The notes under the pieces are model-generated. The model made no database searches and was not told the origin of the DNA. It was given only the letters and a program-made list of their open reading frames with translations. Positions 1-8,758 of a stretch of DNA of 64,000 nucleotides are shown here, one piece after another (the stretch's first letter is position 1; every line of letters begins with the position of its first letter). Source of the DNA: Candidatus Poribacteria bacterium (GTDB lineage Bacteria; Poribacteria; WGA-4E; WGA-3G); contig CBDBEI010000008.1 in assembly GCA_965204285.1 (NCBI GenBank), forward strand, positions 42,994 through 106,993, written 5' to 3'. Both the position numbers and the translations under genes were made by a program.

Positions 1-679
1 GGTATTGACCACACGGGGAAAATACAAGACCTTGAAACCCTAAAGGAGTGGGACAACTAAAGTCTGTAATATGTCCACCGGTGTCTATATCTGAAATCGT
101 TATAGTGTCCTGGGGAGACACAGAAGACACATACGCGAGTAGATGGCTGTTAGGTGAAAAGCAGATAGGAAAGCGGGGCCCGCGAAAAGTTGTTCTCGGA
201 TTCTCCGCATCAATCGGGAACCGCGCGGTGGGTTCGTCAGTATCTGTTTGCCAAGTGTAAACAGCACTTCGTCCGTTGCTGGACATAGCAAGATATTGCC
301 CATCATCCGAAAAGTGGAGCGTACTAACACTGGAACCACCCATATTCCCGCGGTAGTTTATCTTAGTGATGCACTGCAGGGTTTGTGTGTCCCATACCTT
401 CACGATGCCATCCGCGTTGCCGGTAGCAATCCACTGTGCATCGCGCGAGAAGGCGATCCTCTGAAGCATCCCCCGTTCTGTCTCAAACAATGCAAGAGGA
501 GTAAGTGTAGGTAAGTCATACAACCAACATCCGATGGTCGTTGCGACAGCAAAATACCTCCCATCGGGTGAAAATGACAGATCCCGCAGACCACCCCGTC
601 CCAATCGGGCAATTGCCCCTTCGGGTAGTTCCCAGGCTGTCACATCAGTAACGGTAGGTTGCATTTGAGCAGTAACCAT
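1..679 (-). CDS. WD40-repeat protein, array subfamily C (5' part; runs off window)
   Basis: Manual translation from ATG 679: MVTAQMQPTVTDVTAWELPEGAIARLGRG...FSPDGRYFAVATTIGCWLYD...LLAYVSSVSPQDTITISDIDTG; paralog of 25715..27760; absent from ORF track because there is no stop in the window. Confidence 0.9.
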   Translation of the reverse strand, partial: MVTAQMQPTVTDVTAWELPEGAIARLGRGGLRDLSFSPDGRYFAVATTIGCWLYDLPTLTPLALFETERGMLQRIAFSRDAQWIATGNADGIVKVWDTQTLQCITKINYRGNMGGSSVSTLHFSDDGQYLAMSSNGRSAVYTWQTDTDEPTARFPIDAENPRTTFRGPRFPICFSPNSHLLAYVSSVSPQDTITISDIDTGGHITDFSCPTPLGFQGLVFSPCGQY

Positions 680-739
680 AAGCACGAATTTAAGCACTCG
701 TTGACATGTTTATTGACTGGCTAAAATAAAGAAAAGCAC

Positions 740-771
740 GTAAGACCCAAGTTTTTCAACTTGGGTCTTAC
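740..771 (-). terminator. Intrinsic terminator-like hairpin after Cys-rich peptide 1
   Basis: Perfect 14-bp stem gtaagacccaagtt/aacttgggtcttac with 4-nt loop; U-rich tract follows on the minus strand. Confidence 0.7.
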
Positions 772-803
772 CTACTACGAGAGATAACTATTCACTTTCT
801 GCA

Positions 804-1319
804 CTAATTATTATAACAAGTGCCGTCCGAATCGGGGTCGCCACCACAAACACCATCTTCATAGTCGTTATCCTTTGAACAAACTGTATCCCCAACTCGT
901 TCTCCATCATCACGATCGTCATAGCACCAACCTTCAACGGCATCACTACCGCAATTATCACTACAACCTTCATTACATGCCAAAGTGCTAGTTGTGCTAC
1001 TACAATTATCGCTTGAACTACAATAACCGCAGTCAGCGTCTACATTATCAGTATCAAGGCAGTTACAATTATAGTCATCATCAGAGTCAGATAATCGGTT
1101 AGTGCTGCCACAACAACCGCCAGTGGTTGCAGCGACTAAAGTGGTCCCACCACCACAGCAGCTAGTCGCAGTCGTATCTCCGCCGCAACATCCTTTCGCC
1201 GCCACAGACTCGGAGGTATCCCAGCTGCCTGTCAGCAAGAAAATACAACCACCCACAAACAGCAAAGCAATCGCTAAGTTACCAATTGTGTTCTGATGTG
1301 TTTTCAATATTTTGCTCAT
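804..1319 (-). CDS. Exported Cys-rich peptide, copy 1 (171 aa)
   Basis: MSKIL start behind AGGAAGG; hydrophobic leader ending VAA; three CCG motifs; acidic 12-Cys C-terminal domain. Confidence 0.85.
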   Translation of the reverse strand: MSKILKTHQNTIGNLAIALLFVGGCIFLLTGSWDTSESVAAKGCCGGDTTATSCCGGGTTLVAATTGGCCGSTNRLSDSDDDYNCNCLDTDNVDADCGYCSSSDNCSSTTSTLACNEGCSDNCGSDAVEGWCYDDRDDGERVGDTVCSKDNDYEDGVCGGDPDSDGTCYNN

Positions 1320-1464
1320 TATTCCTTCCTTGCCCATATTATAGGGTTTGTAAATACAAAAAGTGGTACAAAGTTTCAATTAAAAACATAAAACCTTTCC
1401 CTTTCCACACACCTTTTGCGAGAAGACACGCGTAAAGATATAGGATCAAGTTTCTATGTAATAA

Positions 1465-1493
1465 ATGATACTTGAACATCTTATTTTTGTCAA
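1465..1493 (-). promoter_or_regulatory. sigma70-type promoter of cassette 1
   Basis: TTGACA-17 bp-TATCAT on minus strand, ~145 nt upstream of the peptide ATG; repeated upstream of other cassettes. Confidence 0.75.
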
Positions 1494-1581
1494 GTACTTT
1501 GTAGAAAATATGGACGGAAGGATCAAGGAGGTGGTATTGGAGAGGTGGACACTCATGGCTGCTGTATCATAAAACTTCAGG

Positions 1582-3726
1582 CTACAGATAAGGTGTCATA
1601 TCCCATAGCAGGATGGTGCCATCATAACTGCCACTTGCCAAAATCTTGCCATCGGGAGAAAATGTTAGTCTATCAATATCGGTAGGGTGTGCCCAGAAGG
1701 TATGTATATTTTCACCTGTTGTGATTTCCCATAACCGGATAGACATTTTGGTTTGTCCCTGTTGCCACCACGCACCTGTAGCCAAATACTTGCTGCAAGG
1801 AGAAAACGCCAGTTTGTAAGAATTCTGACAGCCCAGAGGGAGCATTATCACCATTTGGGTTTGGAGGGTAGCGGCATCCCATATTCTAATCTCACCAAAT
1901 ATTGCCCCAGCAATCCAGGTGCCGCAAGGGGATGTCTCAAGCCCACAGACGCGCCGAGAGGACGCTTCCTGTGGGTCATGGACACGTTGGATGTTTTCCC
2001 GTTCGCCTCTATAAAGGGTTGTATCTAAACATATTTCTGTGGGAAGTGAACCCATTTGTTCACCGCTTTTGATATCCCAGACAATAACCACTGCTTCACG
2101 TGAAGCAGTGAAGAAATGTTCGCCATTCGGATGAAACCTCACCAATGTCCCAAACCGTTTAAACTCTTTGAGGTTAGATTCATAGAGATGTTCCCACTTC
2201 AACGCATCCCACACGCTAATACTTTCTTTACGGATACTTAGAAAATATCTACTTTTTGGTGAAAACGCTGTGCGTCCAAACGGCTTTGACAGTGGATCAT
2301 CCTTCTCAGTGAGTTCTGCGATTTGCGTGCCGGACGAGACATCCCAAACTTTGCTGAGACTTCGGGGGCTACCACTGACAAGATAATCTCCTGTCAGGGA
2401 AAACGTCAGTCCAGACACTCCCCGTGTATCTGTTTTGAGTTCTGCGATTTGCGTGCCGGACGAGGCATCCAAAACCCTAATCACACTGTTTCTTATGCGT
2501 GCGGGCGCGATAGCTATCAGTTCTGCATTACGCGACATCGTGAATGCCATATCCGGATGTGGCGCATATTCATCTGATTTTTGTGGAAATGTCCGCGCTA
2601 TCTGCCGTTTCGAAATATCCCAAGCGAGAAAACCGATGCTTTTCCAGTATCCACAGAAAAGTGTCCGACTGTCCTTAGAAAATACCAATGTGCTGGGGAA
2701 CCTTTGGACTGGGTCAGGATGCAGATGGTCGAGCAGGGACACGACTTTTGAAGGAGAACCTTCATGCCACACCTGAATATCATCGTATCTACTCATGGTA
2801 GCCAACTTTCTACCATCTACTGAAAAGCACGCTGCCCAGAAGGTCCCACCCGAATATGCAATAGAGTCCACCTTCTCTTGCAGCTTGGTATCCCAGATGA
2901 CCATCTCTTTTGAATAACACGCAGCAACGCGTAGGGTGCCATCAGATAGATATATCGGCAGCACCCGTTCACTCTGATACGCCGTAGGCTCCATTTCTAA
3001 GGCACCGCTTTCGATTTCCCAGACATGAACCTTGTCCTTCTTATTACACCCAGCAAGGAACTCCCCACAAAGGGAAAAAGCCAAATTCGCACATCCCACG
3101 GGTTCTTCAGTATACGTGTCAGGAAGCTCCGCTACAATCTCACCCGTCTCTATAGCCATCACAGACGTCATATTGTAGCCAGACGTGTACGCAAATAAAT
3201 GACCATCAGCGGAAAATGCTGTTGAGAACGTAGAGTCTACCCGCGGCACTCTCGTAAAATCGAGTTTTCTGACGGGTGTAGTTATGTTCACACGCCAGTC
3301 GTAAACAGCAATACAGATAGCCGTCTGTGTAATACTAACGAGAGATAAGTGCTGCCCCTCCGGCGAAAAATTGATATTGTAGGTAATAGCCTCTTGGGAT
3401 CGTTCTATTTTCGAAACGCACTGTAAAGTCTGTGCATCCCACACCTTCACGGTGCCGTCCAAGTTCCCGGTAGCGATCCACTGCCCATCATGAGAAAAGG
3501 AGATGGCACAAACCATCCCCCGTTCTGTATTCCACAACGCACGAGGCGTCAGCGTATCAAGGTCATACCACCAACACCCGATGTCTGTCGCTACAACAAG
3601 AGAACCACCATCAGGTGAAAACGTGAAACCCCCACGGATACGACCGCGTCCTAAACGGGCAACGGCACCTCCATGGAGTGCCCACGTCCTCACGTCTTGA
3701 CCATCAGTCTGTGCTGTGTATATCAA
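1582..3726 (-). CDS. WD40-repeat protein, subfamily A (714 aa)
   Basis: Many FSPDG/VWD/ASGSYDGTILLWD motifs; no signal peptide; length fits a double propeller. Confidence 0.93.
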   Translation of the reverse strand: MIYTAQTDGQDVRTWALHGGAVARLGRGRIRGGFTFSPDGGSLVVATDIGCWWYDLDTLTPRALWNTERGMVCAISFSHDGQWIATGNLDGTVKVWDAQTLQCVSKIERSQEAITYNINFSPEGQHLSLVSITQTAICIAVYDWRVNITTPVRKLDFTRVPRVDSTFSTAFSADGHLFAYTSGYNMTSVMAIETGEIVAELPDTYTEEPVGCANLAFSLCGEFLAGCNKKDKVHVWEIESGALEMEPTAYQSERVLPIYLSDGTLRVAACYSKEMVIWDTKLQEKVDSIAYSGGTFWAACFSVDGRKLATMSRYDDIQVWHEGSPSKVVSLLDHLHPDPVQRFPSTLVFSKDSRTLFCGYWKSIGFLAWDISKRQIARTFPQKSDEYAPHPDMAFTMSRNAELIAIAPARIRNSVIRVLDASSGTQIAELKTDTRGVSGLTFSLTGDYLVSGSPRSLSKVWDVSSGTQIAELTEKDDPLSKPFGRTAFSPKSRYFLSIRKESISVWDALKWEHLYESNLKEFKRFGTLVRFHPNGEHFFTASREAVVIVWDIKSGEQMGSLPTEICLDTTLYRGERENIQRVHDPQEASSRRVCGLETSPCGTWIAGAIFGEIRIWDAATLQTQMVIMLPLGCQNSYKLAFSPCSKYLATGAWWQQGQTKMSIRLWEITTGENIHTFWAHPTDIDRLTFSPDGKILASGSYDGTILLWDMTPYL

Positions 3727-3765
3727 TACATACCTCGTGCTTTTTATGAATGAAGGTGTTACAGA

Positions 3766-4269
3766 TCAATCAATTTCATTGCTACATCCACTCGCGCCAC
3801 CTTCACAACCATACTCGTCTGTTACACCATCATTTGGACAATAGGTTTCAAAATCAGTAGAATTACAAAAACTACCGCCTTCCCCACAATACGTGCGTGC
3901 ACAGTCATCGGTACAAGTTTGGGTGTTTGCCCCGCTACATTCACTATCTGCATTATCAGGATCTACATAGCAATCACCGCAGTCAGCGTCTTCATTATCA
4001 GTATCAAGGCAGTTACAATTGTAGTCGTCATCAGAGTCAGATAATCGCTCAGTGCTGCCACAACAGCCGTTAGTGGTTGCAGCGACTAAGGTTGCCCCAC
4101 CACCACAGCAGCTAGTCGCAGTCGTATCTCCGCCGCAACATCCTTTCGCTGCCTCAGACTCTGAGGCATCCCAACTGCCGGTCAGCAGGAAAATACAGCC
4201 ACCCACAAACAGCAAAGCAATCACTAAGTTTCCAATTGTGTTCTGATGTGTTCTCAACATTTTACTCAT
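3766..4269 (-). CDS. Exported Cys-rich peptide, copy 2 (167 aa)
   Basis: Conserved MSKMLRTHQNTIGNL...GSWDASESEAAKGCC leader; 12-Cys domain. Confidence 0.85.
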   Translation of the reverse strand: MSKMLRTHQNTIGNLVIALLFVGGCIFLLTGSWDASESEAAKGCCGGDTTATSCCGGGATLVAATTNGCCGSTERLSDSDDDYNCNCLDTDNEDADCGDCYVDPDNADSECSGANTQTCTDDCARTYCGEGGSFCNSTDFETYCPNDGVTDEYGCEGGASGCSNEID

Positions 4270-4346
4270 TATTCCTTCCTTGCCCATATTATAGGGTTTG
4301 TAAATACAAAAAGTTATACAAAGTTTCAACTAAAACATAAAACCTT

Positions 4347-4389
4347 TACCCTTCCACACGCCTTTTGCGAGAAGACACGCGGAAAGATA
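4347..4389 (-). promoter_or_regulatory. Conserved 5'-leader RNA hairpin (also upstream of copies 1 and 3-6)
   Basis: tatctttccgcgtgtctt-ctcgcaa-aaggcgtgtggaagggta forms an 18-bp stem with G-U pairs that exist only on the transcribed strand; U-rich sequence follows. Confidence 0.55.
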
Positions 4390-4413
4390 TAGGATCAAGT
4401 TTCTATGTAATAA

Positions 4414-4442
4414 ATGATACTTGAACATCTTATTTTTGTCAA
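4414..4442 (-). promoter_or_regulatory. sigma70-type promoter of cassette 2
   Basis: TTGACA-17-TATCAT. Confidence 0.75.
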
Positions 4443-4527
4443 GTACTTTGTAGAAAATATAGACAGAAGGATCAACAAGTCGTATTGGAGAGATGAATAC
4501 TCGTGGTTATCGTAATAAAACTTCAGG

Positions 4528-6672
4528 CTACAGATAAGGTGTTATATCCCATAGCAAAATAGTGCCATCATAACTACCACTGGCAAGAAGTTTGCCATCT
4601 GGGGAAAACGCGAGTCTATCAATATCAGTAGGGTGTGCCCAGAAGGTATGTATATTTTCACCTGTTGCGATTTCCCATAACCGGATAGACATTTTGGTTT
4701 GTCCCTGTTGCCACCACGCACCTGTAGCCAAATACTTGCTGCAAGGAGAAAACGTCAGTATATAAGACTTCTGGCAACCCGCAGGGAGTATTATCACCAT
4801 TTGGGTTTGTAGGGTCGCAGCATCCCATATTCTAATCTCACCAAACATTGCCCCAGCAATCCAGGTGCCGCAAGGGGATGTCTTAAGCCCACGGACGCGC
4901 CGAGAGGACGCTTCCTGTGGGTCATGGACACGTTGGATGTTTTCCCGTTCGCCTCTATAAAGGGTTGTATCTAAACATATTTCTGTGGGAAGTGAACCCA
5001 CTTGTTCACCGCTTTTGATATCCCAGACATAGACACCTTCTTCGTATCCAGCAGTGATGAAGTGCTTGCCATTCGGATGAAACCTCACCAATGTCCCAGA
5101 CCGTTTAAACTCTTTGAGGTTAGATTCATAGATATGCTCCCACTTCAACGCATCCCACACGCTAATACTTTCTTTACGGATACTTAGAAAATATCTACTT
5201 TTTGGTGAAAACGCTGTGCGTCCAAACGGCTTTGACAGTGGATCATCCTTCTCAGTGAGTTCTGCGATTTGCGTGCCGGACGAGACATCCCAAACTTTGC
5301 TGGGACTTCGTGGGCTACCACTGACAAGATAATCTCCTGTCAGGGAAAACGTCAGTCCAGACACTCCCCGTGTATCTGTTTTGAGTTCTGCGACTTGCGT
5401 GCCGGACGAGACATCCAAAACCCTAATCACACTGTTTCTTATGCGTGCGGGCGCAGTAGCTATCAGTTCTGCTTTACGAGATATCGTGAAAGTCATATCC
5501 GGATGTGGCGCATATTCATCTGATTTTTGTGGAAATGTCCGCGCTATCTGCCGTCGCGAAATATCCCAAGCAAGGAACCCTATGTGTTTCCAGTATCCAC
5601 AAAAGAGCGTCCTGCTGTCCTTAGAAAAAACCAGTCTGCTGGGGAACCTTTTGACAGGGTCAGGATGTAGATGGTCAGGCAGGGACACGACTTTTGAAGG
5701 AGAACCTTCATGCCACACCTGAATATCATCGTATCTACTCATGGTAGCCAACTTTCTACCATCTACTGAAAAGCACACTAAGGTTCCCCCCGAATATGCA
5801 ATGGTGTACACCTTCTCCTGTAGCTTCGCATTCCAGATGACTATCTCTTTTGGATCACCCACAGCAACCCGTAGGGTGCCATCAGATAGATACGTCGGCA
5901 GCACCCGAGTGCTCTGATGGTAGGTTGTCGGTTCCATAGCGAAGTTACCGCTTTGGATTTCCCAGACGTGAACCGTGTCCTTCCAATTACAACCCGCAAG
6001 GAACTCACCACAAGGGGAAAAAGCCAATTTCACACATCCCACTGGTTTTTCAGTATACGTGTCAGGAAGTTCCGCGACAATCTCGCCTGTCTCTATAGCC
6101 ATCACAGATGTTAGATTGTAGCCAGACTTGTACGCAAAGAGAGACCCATCCGGAGAAAACGCTGTTGAGGATGCATGAGACACCCGACGTTTTTGTGTAA
6201 AAGCGAAGTTCAAAATAGGCGTAGTCGTGTTCGCGCGCCATGCATAAACAGCAGTCCAAGTTCCGCCAGACATGGCTAAGTGTTTACCATCCGGAGAAAG
6301 ACTGATATGGTGAATAGTCTGGGGTGATCCTATTGTCGAAACGCACTGTAAGGTCTGTGCGTCCCACACCTTCACGGTGCCGTCTTTGTTTTTCACGGTG
6401 CCGTCCATGTTTCCGGTAGCAATCCACTGCCCATCATGAGAAAAGGAGATGGCAGAAACCATCCCCCGTTCTGTATTCCACAATGCCCGCGGTGTTAATG
6501 TTTCAAGGTCATACAACCAACACCCGATGTCTGTCGCCATAGCAAGAGAATCACTATCAGGTGAAAATGTGAGACCCCCACGAATACGACCGCGTCCTAA
6601 ACGGGCAACGGCACCTTCAGGGAGTGCCCACGCTGTCACATCCATGCCATCAGTCTGTGCCGTGTGTATCAT
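4528..6672 (-). CDS. WD40-repeat protein, subfamily A (714 aa)
   Basis: Paralog of 1582..3726; short internal duplication DGTVKNKDGTVK. Confidence 0.93.
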   Translation of the reverse strand: MIHTAQTDGMDVTAWALPEGAVARLGRGRIRGGLTFSPDSDSLAMATDIGCWLYDLETLTPRALWNTERGMVSAISFSHDGQWIATGNMDGTVKNKDGTVKVWDAQTLQCVSTIGSPQTIHHISLSPDGKHLAMSGGTWTAVYAWRANTTTPILNFAFTQKRRVSHASSTAFSPDGSLFAYKSGYNLTSVMAIETGEIVAELPDTYTEKPVGCVKLAFSPCGEFLAGCNWKDTVHVWEIQSGNFAMEPTTYHQSTRVLPTYLSDGTLRVAVGDPKEIVIWNAKLQEKVYTIAYSGGTLVCFSVDGRKLATMSRYDDIQVWHEGSPSKVVSLPDHLHPDPVKRFPSRLVFSKDSRTLFCGYWKHIGFLAWDISRRQIARTFPQKSDEYAPHPDMTFTISRKAELIATAPARIRNSVIRVLDVSSGTQVAELKTDTRGVSGLTFSLTGDYLVSGSPRSPSKVWDVSSGTQIAELTEKDDPLSKPFGRTAFSPKSRYFLSIRKESISVWDALKWEHIYESNLKEFKRSGTLVRFHPNGKHFITAGYEEGVYVWDIKSGEQVGSLPTEICLDTTLYRGERENIQRVHDPQEASSRRVRGLKTSPCGTWIAGAMFGEIRIWDAATLQTQMVIILPAGCQKSYILTFSPCSKYLATGAWWQQGQTKMSIRLWEIATGENIHTFWAHPTDIDRLAFSPDGKLLASGSYDGTILLWDITPYL

Positions 6673-6701
6673 ACAGTCCTCACAATACGTTTAGTATTTA
6701 T

Positions 6702-7161
6702 CTATTCTTCATCAGGGTCCGGATCATCAAGTTCCGTTCTCTTACTACAGGTGTCCCCGCTGCCTTCGCAACCATGCTCCTCAGTTACACCATCATTTGG
6801 ACAATAGGTTTCAAAATCAGTAGAATTACACCAACTTTTACCTTCACCACAAAAATCATCATTACAAGCAGTAGCACAAGATTGTGTGTTTGCCCCGCTA
6901 CATTCACTATCTGCATTATCAGGATCTACATAGCAATCACCGCAGTCAGCGTCTTCATTACCAGTATCAAGGCAGTTACAATTGTAGGTATCCGAGTCAG
7001 AGACTTTATTGGTTCCGCCACAACAGCCGTTAGTGGTTTCAGCGACTAAAGTTGTCCCGCCACCACAGCATCCTTTTGCTGCTTCAGTCTCTGAGGTATC
7101 CCAACTGCCTGTCAGCAGGAAAATACAGCCACCCACAAACAACAAAGCAATCACTAAGTTA
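6702..7161 (-). pseudogene. Cys-rich peptide copy 3, 5' end detached
   Basis: Body intact (12 Cys) but cut at the GNL codons by a MITE; its first 15 codons and RBS lie inverted at 7374..7442. Confidence 0.85.
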
Positions 7162-7373
7162 ACGACTTGTGCTAGTTAGGTGATAGTTTTGTTGTTTTTT
7201 ACAACTTTTCATATTTGTAGGAGCGATCTCCGAATCGCGACCCGTTTGTCGTCGGGAATCGGAGTTCCCTCCTACTTTTGAGGTCATCAGGTATCGGAAA
7301 AGTTACGGAATTCAACCCAAACGAGACGGACATGTGAAATATAAACATACCAATGTTAACTAGCACAACGCGT
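7162..7373. mobile_element. MITE with IS982-type ends
   Basis: Ends acgacttgtgctagtta / taactagcacaacgcgt nearly match the TIRs of the adjacent IS; non-coding; contains a GTAG-type REP doublet. Confidence 0.8.
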
Positions 7374-7442
7374 TATAATATGGGAAAGGAAAGAATAATG
7401 AGTAAAATGTTGAGAACACATCAGAACACAATTGGTAACTTA

Positions 7443-8581
7443 ACGACTTGTGCCAGTTAACTTTTTGTAAAGTATCTAATACTATTTTGTCTTATTATGC
7501 GTAAACAACGTCTTTGAGTGCCATTAGCGAGCGTCCTAAACATTGGTTCAAAAAAACGCCGAGTGTAAAACCAGCAAACTTGTTGCTCAAGCGTGTCCGA
7601 AACCCCCAATGTGCCTTGGCGCGTATCCGTGAAACATTGAACTGGTCTGTCAGTTGACTGATAGTCGTTTCTATGCGCCGCCTTTTTTGACTATGCAACT
7701 TCTGAAATGGTTCTGGATATTGTGTTTTTTGATTTTTACGCCGCGTCGGTAATAGACACACATTGTAAGTTTGGCGTAAATCAGTTTCAAGTGCTTCACA
7801 AATATACCCTTTGTCTCCAAGGATAATCGGATAAGTGCCACGCTCACACAACAAGGGTAGCACTTCTCTATCATCCGTATCCGCAGTGGCAATGGCAAAA
7901 TCAACAGGGAGCCCATAAGCAGTAGTTATCACACTTCCCCGAAATCCTAAGAAAGTGTCAAGTCCCTTTGTAGCACACTTTCCATAAGTTGCCAAAGTGC
8001 CAGTGCCATCAGCGTATTTTAGAGGTGATGTAGAAGCATACGCACGCTTGAAATCGCAGAGCGGTATAGGAAAACTATCTACAATGAAAACCTCGTCATC
8101 CGGTAAAAACTTTATCAAGATACACCGCAGTTTTTCGCTCGCGCTGCATAAGTTGCGCCGGCGTCTATTGAAGCGAGACCTTTCCGGTAAAAATCGGAAC
8201 AGATGTCCGAGTTGTGCCCTAATCAGTTTGTATCCTGACAGTTCGCTGTCTTTACCTATGAGTTCCAACAGCCACGCAATCATAAGAATGTCACTATCTG
8301 GACAAGGACTAACGGGCCCCGGACGCAGTGTCTCTGCAGCCGGGAAATAATGGTCATAAAGTGTTGCCATGATTTTCTGGCAAACAGAAGCAACATTTTC
8401 AAGGGTGCGTGTCTTATTTTTCAGTTGCGCACCATATTCTGCTAAGGTATACTGTAAGTCCATTCTTATGTTCCTTTTATATTGATTTACTAAAGGATAG
8501 CATAAGAATGGGTTGAGTTATAGAAAATATTAAATAGTGAAATACAATATTACATAAAAAGAACTAACTGGCACAAGTCGT
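7443..8581 (-). mobile_element. IS982-family insertion sequence
   Basis: Perfect TIRs acgacttgtgccagtta / taactggcacaagtcgt flank a transposase gene. Confidence 0.9.
7495..8463 (-). CDS. IS982-family DDE transposase (322 aa)
   Basis: Motifs SRFNRRRR, IVDSFPIPLC, LGDKGYI, RRRIETTISQL. Confidence 0.88.
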   Translation of the reverse strand: MDLQYTLAEYGAQLKNKTRTLENVASVCQKIMATLYDHYFPAAETLRPGPVSPCPDSDILMIAWLLELIGKDSELSGYKLIRAQLGHLFRFLPERSRFNRRRRNLCSASEKLRCILIKFLPDDEVFIVDSFPIPLCDFKRAYASTSPLKYADGTGTLATYGKCATKGLDTFLGFRGSVITTAYGLPVDFAIATADTDDREVLPLLCERGTYPIILGDKGYICEALETDLRQTYNVCLLPTRRKNQKTQYPEPFQKLHSQKRRRIETTISQLTDQFNVSRIRAKAHWGFRTRLSNKFAGFTLGVFLNQCLGRSLMALKDVVYA

Positions 8582-8665
8582 TAAAAATATAAAAAACTTA
8601 CCTTTCCACACGCCTTTTGCGAGAAGACACGCGGAAAGATATAGGATCAAGTTTCTATGTAATAA

Positions 8666-8694
8666 ATGATACTTGAACATCTTATTTTTGTCAA
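8666..8694 (-). promoter_or_regulatory. sigma70-type promoter of cassette 3 (now facing the IS)
   Basis: TTGACA-17-TATCAT. Confidence 0.7.
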
Positions 8695-8758
8695 GTACTT
8701 TGTAGAAAATATAGACAGAAGGATCAACAAGTCGTATTAGAGGAATGGATACTCGTGA

